DNA of 63,819 bases, filler included, from Lenisia limosa (GCA_001655205.1; 15 parts of 15 records of this genome joined end to end with filler, not necessarily neighbours in it); one strand, 5' to 3'. Positions 1-13,513 are shown, counted from the first letter of the whole stretch. Program-made: numbers and translations. Notes: generated by a model not told the origin, from the sequence alone.

Positions 1-546
1 CAAGCGCTTGCACAGCAGGCGTCTAGTCGGTTAAGGGAGACCATTGAAGCTGAGGAGGTGAACATGAGTTCTGGAGATCTGGATTACTGCCAAGGAGGGG
101 CTGCAGGACTTGCTGCGGGTCTAATGCTGCACCCCACCATTCGACCTGACTGTTCGAAGATTACCACCGCTGCAGCTTCGGTCAGAGAGCTTCAGACGTT
201 TGCCCCGTTTATTGAGAAGTCCGTTGCTTTTGCTGTGGATGTTGGGCCTATAACCGACATGGTTAAGCGCCCATTATCTTTTGTGCATGTTGAGCCGCAC
301 GAAACCCTTGCGGTTCTTCAAAAAGGACAGGTGTGTTGAAATTGCATGTTGAGATTTTTTTTTTTTTTTTTTTTAATTGTTACTAATACTATTCAGGTCA
401 TAGTCCAGCCAGAAGACGTGAAGCCTGCTGTAAAGCGAAATGTGAAGCTATGTACAGCGCGAGGCGCAATGATAACAACGGAGACATGTTTACGTGTCGG
501 AGGAGAGGCTAAGCTTGCTGAAAATTTTAAGAGAAAAAAAAGCTAA
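1..546 (+). CDS. 3' part of an uncharacterised protein (paralog A), 2 exons, intron 331-396
   Basis: Open frame from the window start, GT..AG intron 331-396, last exon VIVQPEDVKPAVKRNVKLCTARGAMITTETCLRVGGEAKLAENFKRKKS* ending TAA 544-546. Clearly similar to the protein at 52133-52761. Confidence 0.75.
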
Positions 547-619
547 AATGTCACTTGTTTAGGTAGTGTTTGTGTGATCAGGGTTTTGTTTTGTNNNNNN
601 NNNNAATTTTGTCAAACTG

Positions 620-1225
620 GTTGTTTTTATTTCTTTGTTGTCTACATAACCGCATTCTAAATGAATACACATTAGAGTGCGGTTATATATATATTTTTTT
701 TGAACTGCTAGATTGGGAATATGAAACTGACAGTTATCAAAAAATTACGTATGGCGAATCAATAAAGAGTTCATTTTTAATAATTTGACAGAAATAGAGT
801 TTTCCTGGGGTTTTTTTTAAAACAATAATAGAATACGGAGTTTTGAATAAAATACGGAGTTTAGGTTGCCTAGCATATGTATAGTATACATAATACATAA
901 CGTTTGCCCACGAGTGGATATGGCGGAGAGCCGAGTGAGTCCCGAGGAACATCCTTAAATAATCAGTTACAAAAATTCACGCCATCCACGAGGAGGGGAA
1001 TGATTGGAAATGTCATTTTTTACAGTAATTTTATCATACTGGTCCAAAATCGTCTTTCAAAAGAAAGTCCTTACACTTTAAAGGGAAAGGTTACAGAGAG
1101 AGACTAGAGTATTGATGCTTTAGCCGGTTTATCGGAACATGACTTTCAACAATTTCAAGGTTATCCGTTTACTGTTAATGTTATAGTTCGTATTGTTCAA
1201 AAAGCTCTAGTTTATGCTGTTTAAT
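620..1225 (+). CDS. Candidate unknown gene with very short introns (682-711, 769-791, 810-831)
   Basis: Removing U-rich GT..AG segments of 30, 23 and 22 nt gives ...EYTLECDWEYETDSYQKITYGESIKKIEFSWEYGVLNKIRSLGCLAY. The downstream join to ORF 904-1107 is ambiguous. No homology recognised. Confidence 0.4.
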
Positions 1226-2029
1226 GAAACAAAACATTATTGAAATATAATATATATATAGGGGCACTACTCAGTAAACTGGGTGAACTCAGTTCAGTTC
1301 AATTTGAGTATACATATAAAAAAAAAATTGTTTGTTCGTTTCCTTTTTGCTTCTTCTGTTTTTAGCTATTATTAGCTTTTAATAAACACTCTCAAAAACG
1401 AGAATTGAAGGATTTTGGATGCTGATCAATTGAGGGGGGGTAACTTGATAGCAAGAGGATCGAGAGTCACCAGAGTGGGGAGACAGGGACGAGGAGTTCT
1501 CTCAGCTTCAACTTGATCATGTAAGAAAAAAAAAGGGGGGGGAAACAAGCTGAGCTTACATTCTGATTAAGAAATACTTCCTTAGTGCAGTAGCCGATCT
1601 GATAAACAGAAGCAAGGCTCTAGAGGTTATTTAAACGATGAGAAAAGCTTACAATAATAAACTCAGAACAGCACTTGGTGCATCCCTGCCCATTTGAGGT
1701 CTGACGCAAGCACCCACGCTCAATAACGCCTCTTGGAGAGTACTTATAAAGCAGGGTGGATCTGCATTCGGTCTCGCTCTTTTCCTTGTTTGCTCTCCAT
1801 TAAATCAAGGACGCTCTTCACCAAAACTGTTCCACTCATTGTGTTGTAAAAAAAGGGGGGGGGGGAAGAGAGAGAAAATTTAATACAGTATATATTGATA
1901 TATACAGCACATATATGTACACTTAAAGAATCATACAAATCAAGAAAAAAAAATAAGTAAAAAAAAATCTGTCATTAAGTATCAGAAACAGTCAAAACCT
2001 GATTTACTAATAATTATAAGCGTAAACCA

Positions 2030-2700
2030 ACCCTAGAGAGGCTTGGAGTATCCAGGAGGGTGAAAGTGAGAGGCAATGCTGTGGAATCGAGTGATGAGTT
2101 TGTACCCACTTACGCATTCCTCTAATGTGGTAATCCAATTCCTCCCCTAAAGCAGCTGCACCAACAGCCTCAACAACCTCAGCGCTGTGGAGGTGGAGGA
2201 GGAGACAATATCTCCATTGGCAAAACGACGCTCTTTATGTCGCCTAAAATCTCTTATATTTATGCTTGGTTTCACAATTTTCACAACAAAAGGGAGGGAA
2301 AACAAAATAATTTGCAGGAATATGACAATATCCTTGCTTTTCTGTCATGCAACCTATTATTGGACCTTGTCATTGTATTATTCTGTAAGTACTTTTTTTG
2401 TCGCACTCATGTATTAAAAATTTTGACAGTACCACCTTAACTTGGGATAAACGGTAACGTTCCCAATCAATCACATTTTGTTTCTTCATATATTGTTTAT
2501 TCTTTCATTTAAAATTTAATCGGATAATAATCCAAAGCAGAAGCCGCATATGTTACGGTGAGGAGGAGAGGGAGGGGGGGCCCACTTGCAACATTGCCGT
2601 TTTCAAGATTCATGGAACTTTTCTCATCTTCCTGCATATGACGGACTCTTTTGTCTTTAATTTTGGAACTGATAAATTGAAACTGCTGATTAACAATATC
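2030..2700 (-). CDS. Exons of an unidentified gene
   Basis: Splice-bounded open segments, e.g. AEVVEAVGAAALGEELDYHIRGM (about 2115-2185) and KIKDKRVRHMQEDEKSSMNLENGNVA (about 2585-2670). Confidence 0.35.
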
Positions 2701-4282
2701 TACACAGCATAACAAGATAAAATGTAAGAATTTGAAATAGCAATAAAAATAATGATTAATTAGATATTGTTAAATTACAAAATCACGATATTCTTCACAT
2801 TCACTTGAGGTTTATTCCCACATTTTGATTATGCAACGACATTGTAGCTGTGTCGTTGTTTTTGGGGGTTTTTTTTAAAAAAAAAAAAAAGCAATCACAT
2901 TTCCAGTACAGAGAGAGAAAATGAGGGAGGCGAGTAAAAATGGAAAATTATGAAACAAAATGTCCAAAATCAACTCTGTTGGCTAGAAACACACGAGGGA
3001 AGAAAAAAAAACAAAGCCCAAGCCAGCCGCTTCTGCAGTACCTGCAGGGGTTAGATAAAAAATAACAAAAGCAGGATACTTTAATCTCCGTTTTTGAACC
3101 ATAGTGAAAAACTGTCGCTATCATAATGATCTACAGAGCAGCAGGTAATATATAAAATATTACGAACAATAAGACTGAAATGCGATTACAAACGCACAGT
3201 ATGGTAGTTGAAAAGTGAGAAAAAATACAGCAAGGTGAACAGAGTCGTATGAAAAATCAGATGAAAGTGGGAGTCTGCTGTATTTTCCTGTGCAATTTTC
3301 TACAATCGAGTGTTAGGAAAAGGTGTTATTCTTCTTGTTATTGCACACAAATATTCTAACTTCCTTCCATGTGATACTGTGGTTAGGTGAATACGTAATA
3401 GAGTGTGCAGAGGACAACTATGCTGGCTTTTCCCGGTCAAGTCTATCTGAGATCCGGACCAAAGCCGCCCTATCATGTACTTGTACAGTTGTTGGAGAAA
3501 TAAACACATTAGGTGGCACAAAGGGGTTCGCGGAAGGAGGGGTGCCGACCACTTAAATACAAATAGAATCCTGATAGAATCTGGTAGAATTATGATAGAA
3601 TATGGTCAGCTGACCTTCATGCATCTGATTGTTCTTTGTTTGTGGGTGTCATTTTCTCCCCCCTTTGTATGTAATAAGGAAGAATTGAGACATTGGCACC
3701 CGAGGTTGTTTGTTCAATATTTGTTGTTCCATAAAAGCGATGTTAACCACACTTTTGTAGCTAAATCGTGTTTGGTGAGGAACTAGTTTATAATATCTCA
3801 GTGAAAATCTGGGTCAAAGTGTCCTGGCGTGAATACAAGCCCCTCAATTGAATTAATACAATGAGTAGTTTATGACAACCCAACAGAAAGGGGAAGCAAA
3901 AGATGCACTAAATCTTGAGAAAATGATCAAACAAAAGGATTACCCAGTTTTTGTCCTCACCTTGGCTCTTTAAGCTCAATGTCCATTAACCCCGCTTTAA
4001 GAATACTGCCGCTTTAATTAGGGAGGAAACTCCATTTCCTTGGACTATTTTCCCCTTCTCTCTTCCCCGAAATCACACTCCACTTTGTCTTCATCCTCCT
4101 CGACGTCGTGCCTTCTTGCAGCTTCGCGTGATGTTCTTCTTCAGCTCCTTCTTCTTGACGTACGTTGTTCTTCTTGTTGTCTTAAACGCTCCCTCGCGCG
4201 GAGCCTCAGCACTCTTGCGTAAGCCATGTTACTGACTAATTGAATTCTCCTTTTTGATTTAGAAGAAGATTATTAAGACATA

Positions 4283-4581
4283 TCACACCGTCCATATATC
4301 TGTTTCCTCTATCTGTGAAAACAAGCCAAATGAACATTTTCCTTGATAGAANNNNNNNNNNNNNNNNNNNNNNNNNNNNNNNNNNNNNNNNNNNNNNNNN
4401 NNNNNNNNNNNNNNNNNNNNNNNNNNNNNNNNNNNNNNNNNNNNNNNNNTCATTTTTGTTAGCAACAAGAGTGTTATGACAATTCTCTTAGTTAATTATG
4501 CCATATTTTTAGCAACATTTTCCGTATATTTCAAAAAAAATCACAGATAGAGGAAAATTCACAGATATATGGACGGTGTGA
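4283..4581. mobile_element. MITE family C (TIR TCACACCGTCCA..., TA flanks); second copy 38108-38493
   Basis: Terminal inverted repeats tcacaccgtccatatatctgt / acagatatatggacggtgtga with TA on both sides. The 38108-38493 copy has TIRs cacaccgtccagaaatatgtgaaatttt / aaaatttcacatatttctggacagtgta. Confidence 0.75.
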
Positions 4582-6420
4582 TATATTTTTTTAGTGTTTA
4601 TAGAAAATGAACTGGACTGAACTGTACCTGAACTGTACTTGAACTGAATACGTGAATTAATACTATTCCTCGAGTGTTAAAATCCTGTATTTAGCCAATG
4701 TAATTTGTGATTGTTAGATGTCTATTTTCTCCAAGGTAGGTTTCCTCCTCTTGTTAAGTCACATTCTTGACCTCTCTGGTTCATTCATTGGTTCATTTGT
4801 CTTCCATCAACTCCTTCTTTACCCCTCTTTCCATTCTTCCTTAAGTCAGGGATATAACTTATGAAAGCCCCTTTCCTGGGCATAAATCTCACTTATTCAC
4901 CCACTATTATCTCACATTTTTGAAAGTTATTTTATCTTCATCAAATCCCAAAAAGAACTTTACAGAACAAAAGACTAATAGCTACATCATATATGTAATA
5001 TGTGTTATACACTTAGTATTAGAACATCTCTGTTCATTGTTCACTCTTTAAAAGACTGAATCGATGTGGCATGAAAAGGGCAGTTCCACTGATGAAGCAA
5101 GTTCTGGTGCGATTCCGCATTGGAGAGGGTATAATCTTATTAAACTGTAGTTCTTTTTGTGTGAAGAGTTGGGAAGTGTGTAGCAAATAGATTTTCCCTT
5201 CTCTTTTCTTTCAACTACATAAAACACATATCATATGGCATATCCAAACTATAGTTACAGGGACCATTTCACAAAATAATGAAATACAATGAAAGGTAAT
5301 TTTTCCGTTTAGGGCGATAAAAAATCATGAACATGTTGCCACGCTAAACAACCGTATATGATACTTACACAGTGTACTTCATGATCTTGTTCACCGTTGA
5401 TACTAGTTCGTCATTTATGCAAGTCTAAAGGCATCAGAAACGCAAAAGATCCTGAGAACAAGTTAATATCAAAAATTATTTGTTCATGAAACAAGAAAGA
5501 GCTCCTGTTGAGAAGGGGAGTAGCTGGGGAAAGGCAGCACAGCAAGATCAGTTGAAAGAGATCACCTGAAAAGTCACACAAAACCCGTTCCATCAGCATT
5601 ACATACCTTTAAAACTTGATAACGAGGAGAGGAAGCGGGGAGAGGTGCACTAGTTGACCAGGTAGAAGACAACCTGAATGATGAGGACGAAACTAAGTTT
5701 AAGCCAAGTGATAAAAAGTAAACTAGACGAAAAACAGTATTAATGGAACTATCGAGGTAAGTCAACTTTGAGAAAAGGGGAAACCAAAGTCGACGCCAAT
5801 CATCGAAACAGTGGTTGTACTTGACATCATAAACAATGAAGGACCTAAAAACAAACTATCCACTTTCGAAACTAAAGAACTTCTCCAACCACGATGGTAA
5901 ATAGAGTTTAAGCTGCTGAATAAATGTATAATTAACATTATCTTCAATTGACAGCATAAGAAGAGGCAAAGGAACGAAAAAAGAAAACTGTTTATGAGCC
6001 GCCTTTTGACTATTTTAGTGCTCTGAGCCTGCTTGTGAGACCTTGCCTTTCTTGTGTTCATTTACTTGCTACATATACTCTGATGAAAATTACCAGAGGA
6101 AGATATAATCTGCACATTATATATACATATTTTTCAAAAAACCGCCAAAAATGACCCCATCAACCAACCTCTAGATATCAAGCTTGGCTGTACCACTGGA
6201 GGAGGAGCTGCAATACAAGATGTTTTGTTTACGAACAGAACCCACACATCGGTCACAACTCTTTGTTGATCGTTCAAGCCAGTGTGCTACTTTTTGTATT
6301 AAATGTTTACTTAATCGTTTATATTGTAACTTTTTGTTCAATATTCATTGTGGTCTTTTGTATTCGTTGATTTCAAAATGACATTATTGTTGTACTCTAT
6401 AATACTGGTTGTGTTCAGTT

Positions 6421-7457
6421 CGTGGAAGGGAGCGACATGAAGTACACCGTTGCTGCTGATCTTTGAGACGATGTAAGAGAAGTGTTCCTGTAGGGTGTTC
6501 CAAAGTGACTCTTCATGCAAACGCCAACATGTCCTTGCAGTTGAAATATTCGTTCTTCACCCACCCCCAAATGATTACTGTATGTTGGGTTCTTGTTGNN
6601 NNNNNNNNNNNNNNNNNNNNNNNNNNNNNNNNNNNNNNNNNNNNNNNNNNNNNNNNNNNNNNNNNNNNNNNNNNNNNNNNNNNNNNNNNNNNNNNNNNNN
6701 NNNNNNNNNNNNNNNNNNGACAAGTATGAGGCCGGTGACCGGGTGAAGACCATTCTCTTCAATGCTGTCGCAACTGCCCTAAAACAACCAGGGTAAGCTC
6801 ACTGTTACACTTTTTCTTTGTTTTATTCATGCCTTTTAATTGGAGAATAACTTTTCTAGGGTTGGTGGCAGTGTGTTTTCCCAAATATATTTTTCTTCTG
6901 CCCATCCCGGACACCATGATGCTCATCCTCCGAGTACAGTCCAAGTTGACTTCATAGGACGAGTTGCCATTGCTGCCCTCCAAACACCAGATAAACCGTG
7001 TCCTTCCCCAAATTCACAAGTCCGAGGTACAGGTTTGAATCTGGATTATTACGTTTAATTATCAACATTTACTCATTTGTTTGAAGGTCTTAAATTGTGG
7101 GCGTACCTCTCAACCAATGAGTTGCTGGCTAATACGTCTGCTCTCGAAGCTGGCCGTCAGTACCTCCACCTTGTCCCACTCGTGGAGAACCGCCACCACA
7201 AAAACTACAAGGAATTACCACTTGTTAATAACTGCAATGTTGCTTCACAATCTCAAAAAGTGTTACTCTTCTTGGCTTGTCTGGAGACTCTGCGCCACCT
7301 ACCCTTCCTATTCCTCTTCCAAGGAAGAGTTAAGCTTGCGGATCTTGAGTCCCTGCTCCGCCAAGAGGACTTGCCTGACGTCTTCTGGGGCTCTGGAGTC
7401 CCGGACTATGCCGCTACATGGCGTCTCACTTGTACAAACAGTCGTAGCTACCGCTGA
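6421..7457 (+). CDS. Multi-exon gene of unknown function (partial, spans an N gap)
   Basis: Canonical GT..AG introns link FVEGSDMK|VFQSDSSCKRQHVLAVEIFVLHPPPNDY ... DKYEAGDRVKTILFNAVATALKQPG|VGGSVFSQIYFSSAHPG...SQVR|GLKLWAYLSTNELLAN...NSRSYR*. Confidence 0.6.
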
Positions 7458-7585
7458 GATTGACACAATGAGCTCAATCATTTCGTGACATCTGGTGTTA
7501 GAATATATTTGACTCTTACGCCATGATTAGAGATTGATCAGGTCAGTGGGCTCTCTTCCTTTTATTACTTTTCAAAACCTTAAAG

Positions 7586-7818
7586 CAGGGTGCCAACCCA
7601 GAAAGTGGCTGATAATCCACAATTATAGCCAAAACCGAGCATAACCTGCGTGATTTGTATTTACTGTTATAAAAGCAGTTGTTTTGGAAGCAAGAGAAAT
7701 GTTGTGATTATCATACTGACCAAAATCTTCTTTAAATTCTAGTAAAAAGTAGTTAAAGGTGACGTCACCGAAACTTTTTGTTAGGATATCCGTGACAACT
7801 TTCTGGGTTGGCACCCTG
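7586..7818. mobile_element. 233-bp non-autonomous TIR element with CAGGG ends (hAT-like); right arm repeated at about 10370-10450
   Basis: TIR cagggtgccaacccagaaagt / actttctgggttggcaccctg. About 80 bp of the right arm recurs at 10370-10450. No clear 8-bp TSD. Confidence 0.65.
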
Positions 7819-7837
7819 CTTTCATGCTACCATTCTA

Positions 7838-8078
7838 ATTCCTCAGATTTACGGTGACGTTGCTGTCCTCACCGAAGTCCGACTGCTGTCCTGCGTTCTG
7901 CGTCCGAGTCCCTCCTCATTCCAAGACCCTCACTGTCCGCCAGAAGCGCCACCGCAAGTTGTTACGGTTCTCCGAGGCCATGTTCTTCCTCAAGGTTTCA
8001 AATGTGCGCCTACTCCGACCTGTAGCAACTACAGCCAAACCTGTCTTCAAGGAGTTCACTGATCTTGTTCTTGTTTAG
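7838..8078 (+). CDS. Probable coding exon, unknown product
   Basis: Acceptor ttcctcag at 7838-7847 followed by long open frames with coding-like codon use (aag/ctc/cgc). The correct frame is undetermined. Confidence 0.4.
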
Positions 8079-8631
8079 TGTCTTTCGTTCTTTCTTTCTC
8101 AATATACAGTTTTCTACCACACTCCTTTTCAGTTTTTGAACATGTTCTGTCGTTATTTTGCTTAAATAAACTTTTTTAAAAAGTTGTTTGGATGTTGGAA
8201 AAGTAATGCCACAAACACATTATTAACCGACGGTATTCTCGCACAACTAACCAAAAAAGCCTGTTACATAACCAAAAAAAAAACTCAAAATCACCACATC
8301 TGAAGAATATACTCTATAGTAACAAATCTGAAAAAGGATTGTTAGTTGAAGAAATAAGTACTGTTAGAATATTTGTTTTCAAATACAAAAACTTTAAGCC
8401 AACCATGTTTGAAACTGTTGTTTCGCTTTGTCTTCATATGATCCTGAATAATCAATTTCTCGGAAAAGCAAACTTGATTCATCAAACAAAACGGTAGTTA
8501 TTGCTGGATAGTTTTTCTATTTGAGTTAAGGTGGTCAAGTCATTTAAAAAAATGTTGCTAAAAGTATGAAATGTGTGTAGTGTGAAGATCTCCTGGAAAA
8601 TTTTACTGCTTGATATCATTGCAAATTTTAG

Positions 8632-9093
8632 ATTATCACCGCCAACACTAGCACGCTAACATCAACATCAGTGCATTCAATGACCATCGAAGGTGATGAA
8701 AGCTTAACCATAGAAATAGTTGGTACCAACCAAGGTTATGCCGATGCCCATGAAACCTGGTATATTTTGAGTTCTAATTGAGGGCAAAATTGCCAAAATG
8801 GCTGTTTGGTAAGGGGAGGCACTTTAAATATTACAAAACACCTGCAGAAAAGCGTTGTAAATTAGGTCAAAAATTGGAACAAGAAGGTGAAGAGGAAACC
8901 GATTCATTTCTCCCACTTGATTATACTACGATTAAAAGAAACCTCTTTTTGTGGTTTCTTCGGTTAGCTGAAATGAACTGAAATTGGTTATAAAGAAGAG
9001 AGTCCCCTATTCACTGAAATCCTCTTGTATTTTAAGACAGTCGAGGGGTTATACTTCCGTCTATGACTCAAAGGAGCTTGGACCGAGCCCAGG
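8632..9093 (+). CDS. Candidate unknown gene with a 23-nt intron (8760-8782)
   Basis: Removing gtatattttgagttctaattgag joins IITANTSTLT...AHETW to AKLPKWLFGKGRHFKYYKTP.... The downstream junctions are unresolved. Confidence 0.35.
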
Positions 9094-12000
9094 GTATGCT
9101 GTTTTTTAAAAAAAAAGTGAGTTCAGGGCATTTATTCTGGGAATGTGCTCTGTGTGTAGGTAGTATTACCCCATTTATTTGTATTTTTTTTTTATGTTAA
9201 TTTGTACTAAAAAGATCTCAACAGCATCTTATTGGGCACAAAAGCCTTCATAAGCACATTTTCAAATACTATGATTCATAGCATAGTTTGAAAGATTTTT
9301 ATGATTTAGATCGACTTGAAGATGACGCAACAAAGATTTTGATTCAGAGGTTGTACAAGCTTAGGCTTGTTTGAGCAAATTTCTACGTTTTTCTCGTAAA
9401 GTCCTGGTAAAAATGGATTTTTTCGCACTCAGGTGGGTGTTTCAGGAGGTACGGCTTACACTATATATGTATATCCATGTTATATATAGTATACGATATA
9501 GCTATATGTAATATACATATGATATGTATATGATAATATACAGTGACCGGGATAAGTCTTGACCGATTTGCTCTGGATTTCTGAAGAAAATGAGGCCCTG
9601 AACGGCATGCATGGTTGGTATGTGAATAAGGTGTGGGGTCTACTTCAATAAAATTTGGGGGACAATAACAAAACATAGCTCCTCGCCTTCCAACGCAAGA
9701 AGTATGTCAAGCTCAGCGTCGTGAGAGTGAAAAGGAAGGCGGTCGATGGCAGCACGAAAGAAGGTCGTCAATGGCAAGCTAATGATGAAATTGAGGTCCC
9801 GTGCTACGACAAGAACCTAGTATTTAGGGATAGTTTTCTGTGACCAGGCTGATACTATTGTTGATGATATTTACGAATTATTGAAACAGCCCTGACTCAC
9901 TTTCAGAAAGCAAAAAATAACGCACCACCTCGAATTGTGGCTTGCACACCAGTGCTGATGAAGGTTAGTATGGGGAAACATAACAGGGGAAGGAAAAAAG
10001 TAAAAAAACACACTAATATAGAGCAACTTGAACTACCACCTTAACATTCTTAATGTAAATATTTGTCAGAAGCAACAATTGCATATTCCCCTTGATCATT
10101 ACTAGCTTTATCTGAGACTCCTCTTTCAACAATGCTCTTGATGGATCGATCCCTAGGGGCGGACTAGCTTGGGTACATGAAGGATATAGAGATATTAGAG
10201 ATAGGAAAGCAGGGAGGGAGCACTGTTAGGTGCTAATTAAAAAGGGGGTTCGCAAATAAAAAAGGGGATTCGTTCAGAGGGGGTTTTACAATTACAAAAA
10301 GGAAGGTTCGCAATTAAAAAAAAAAGGGGGGGGGGGTTTGCAATAAAAGTTCGNNNNNNNNNNGTTAAACTCTAGTAAAAAGCAGTTAAAAGATGACGTA
10401 ACCGAAACTTTTTGTGAGGATATCCGTGACAACTTTCTGGGTTGGCACCCTTTAAACAAGAGTTTTTTTATTTTTTATTTTTTTTTTCTCTGTTGTTTCT
10501 CAAGAACCTTTCGAACCAATATTCTTGCCATTTTCCAGTGAAATATAGTTACGATATATTTACACACACTCAGAATTTTAAACAAAAAAGAGGTAATCAA
10601 AAAACAAAATAGAGAGAACGTCTAAAGATTTAGTCCACCACACTATATTAAAGCAATTTGTAATCCGGAAAATGGGAATCACCATCAATAATTCACTCTC
10701 AGGAGGCTATAGGTATATTATATTTTTCCAACAATCTTTGGCGAGTGGAAGTGCACCAGAATGAGTTTCCAAGACAGCGAAACAAAGCGATGACGATTTT
10801 ACACTAACGTTTGACAGGACTATAGAAACTTCCAAGAATCAAAAAGCGGAAAGTAATTAGGTGGGAGGAACCGATGACATATTCCGAGTAAAGGAATTGT
10901 TTCACAAAAGAAAGTATTAAGTTCAGAGAGACACAGAATTACTCCAATATGTGAAACTGTTACACTTTCAAATTTAAAAAATAGCAAAATATTCACAATC
11001 TAAATCAACAATACTATCACATGGCCTTGCCCAAAAAAAAAATATCCTAACATAGAGCTCAATTGAGTCAAAAAAAAAGTAAGAGACAAACCTGATCCCT
11101 CAAGTCAACTTCTTCATGAGAAGAAACAGAAGTGATGCCAATATATTGCATATTAAACCGTTGGATGCAGACACTGAACTTGAACTTGAACTGGGTAAGG
11201 AGTGGGTAACCCGTGGGTAGTGCCAACTCCTAGGATGTGGCCCACTAATTAAGATTTAATCTTTGATCATGCTGTGGTAGTGTGAGTGAGTGTGCGCCTT
11301 CAATAGCAATAGTTTCAATAAGTCAAGAAGTCAATAAGTTATTTATTATTATTATTATATGAAGAGAGGAGGAACTCGGTTGTAATCTTGTAATCCCCCC
11401 CCCCCNNNNNNNNNNNNNNNNNNNNNNNNNNNNNNNNNNNNNNNNNNNNNNNNNNNNNNNNNNNNNNNNNNNNNNNNNNNNNNNNNNNNNNNNNNNNNNN
11501 NNNNNNNNNNNNNNNNNNCATCCTTCTTCCTTTTGTTAGAAAGGACCAATTGTTCAAATCAGTGAATCAGTTGCTTGTTCTTTGGCTTTAGATGGCATAA
11601 GAAAACGTAGGCGTCCTGCAGTTCCTAGCTCAAAACTCTCAGTTAGTTGGGAGATTTTTATTTATTTCATTTCCTGTTCTTTTTTGGTGAACAGTAGTAC
11701 TTATTCAAGGTCACAGTATTCAAATATCCTGGTTTGTTATGTCAGTACTGCTCTTGTCCCATTCTTACAGTTGTTGATCACTACTCGTTTGGTTCAATTG
11801 ATGGATACTAGATTATAATACTATTGAACATTGTTGTACGCGGTGCATAGCACCGTAGCATAAATCTTCAANNNNNNNNNNATTCTAGGATTTACAAAAC
11901 ATCGCAATTGCCCTCACAGAAGACGCAGCAGTGGCAGTCTCCGGACTTCACTTCCCTCCCACGGCTCTCCCTCCCTAATAAATGACAGATTTTTGGAATT

Positions 12001-13029
12001 ATCCGTTGTTTTCCCATATAAGGCAAGTCCTTTGGATAGTGACAGAAATTTTTACAGAAAAATGTTGATTTTTATCTGCAACTTGCTTGTTTAGCGTTGG
12101 ATTCCACTAAATTTACTTGAGTTGTTTAGACTAACTTTTTTAGTCGGAAAAATGCATATAATTCATCCGAAAGGTTGTGCGTGAAAAATAAATTTTAAAA
12201 AAACTCAAAACTACCCAGAATTTGAATGTGGTATGAAAACTGGACTCAAAATTGGTTTCTCCGGCTTTAAAACTCACAATAACAATTAATGACCTAATTA
12301 ATCAATTAATAACCAAATTTAGGACCGCGAGCGATATATAGTTAAAACCGCGAACATGATTAAAACGGGTTTCAAAAAATATTTTCGCTTAAAGGAAACT
12401 GGGTGACCCCGGCCGGGTTCGATTCTGATCAAAAGATCTTTTTTTCGATNNNNNNNNNNACTCATTTTTCATTCTTCTTTTTGCTCATAATTTCTTTGTT
12501 TTGATGTTGTTGATAGTCTAGTCCTCAAAACTGCCGAATTTCACTAAAACTGGTGTTATTGAAGCGATTTATGTCGATTTTTGGCTTGTTTGCGGTTTTA
12601 ATCATGTTCGCGGTTTTAAACACCAACCTATACACATGATATTGTATACATTCATATCGATATATTATGTATTTTGTTTATTGTTAAAAAAATGATTGTT
12701 TTACCAATATTGTAATAAGAATTGTGTTTTGGACTAGATTTTTCTAAACTTTTTGAAAACGCTATAATGAAATGAATCGTGTGTCATTAAATATGTACTA
12801 TGGAATAGTTTTCCTGTTTCTTCAAATGAAAATTCCTCACGCGTACTCCTGTTTTATTATTTATTATAAATGCCAACTCTCTCATATCGAGTTTCGGAGC
12901 AGTGTGAAGCTTTACTCAACCCCAAGGACCAGTAGTGGAGGGACATAAAGATTCAGTTTGACAAAGACATAATTCCAATGATAGTCTATACCCACCCATT
13001 CCGCATGATGAACAGACTAATAGGGGGAA

Positions 13030-13319
13030 TGTATTTGCACACACTAGCAGGCATTACCTTGAAGCGCCTTCAGTGGACCCAGTTCCTGACCCAGCCCTTC
13101 TCAAGCCCCTACTCAACGTTGGACAACAGTTGAAGAGGACATTGTCTTCCCCTTTAGTTCTGACGAAAAGGCTGCTCTCCGCCATTTGGCGATGGAAGGT
13201 ACGTAATTTAATTCAATTTATATCAATTAACACCTAATTAGTTATCATGTCTTGTGTACTCGGTACTGCAGTTGAGCCACCAGTCGCGTACTCAGATGTC
13301 TGCCGCTGCTCTGAAAAGG
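13030..13319 (+). CDS. Exons of an unidentified gene
   Basis: AGITLKRLQWTQFLTQPFSSPYST|SDEKAALRHLAME|VEPPVAYSDVCRCSEK via canonical introns, the first about 39 nt. Confidence 0.45.
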
Positions 13320-13501
13320 TCTGTGGATATTGCAATAGATTGGTAAATTAATGTTATACTATTATCCAATATCTCTTATAGGCGTGATGATGTACACGGC
13401 TTCGGCTAGATTTAACCTTATTATTTTTTTCTCATTGTTATATGTGGGGGGGGGGGGNNNNNNNNNNNNNNNNNNNNNNNNNNNNNNNNNNNNNNNNNNN
13501 N

Positions 13502-13513
13502 TTAATTAATTAA
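13502..13513. other. Artificial contig linker TTAATTAATTAA in a 100-nt N spacer (14 occurrences)
   Basis: Identical 44N-TTAATTAATTAA-44N blocks at 13502, 17095, 20521, 23105, 24349, 25613, 26803, 31269, 36401, 37591, 42883, 45429, 54363 and 61358. The 12-mer is a stop in all six frames. Confidence 0.97.

Noticed and set aside
4040-4230. Purine-rich 18-22 nt GT..TG segments that could bridge a stop in a minus-strand Arg/Glu-rich frame
   Set aside because: Composition is unlike the U-rich tiny introns, the spliced products stop soon after, and there is no homology anchor.
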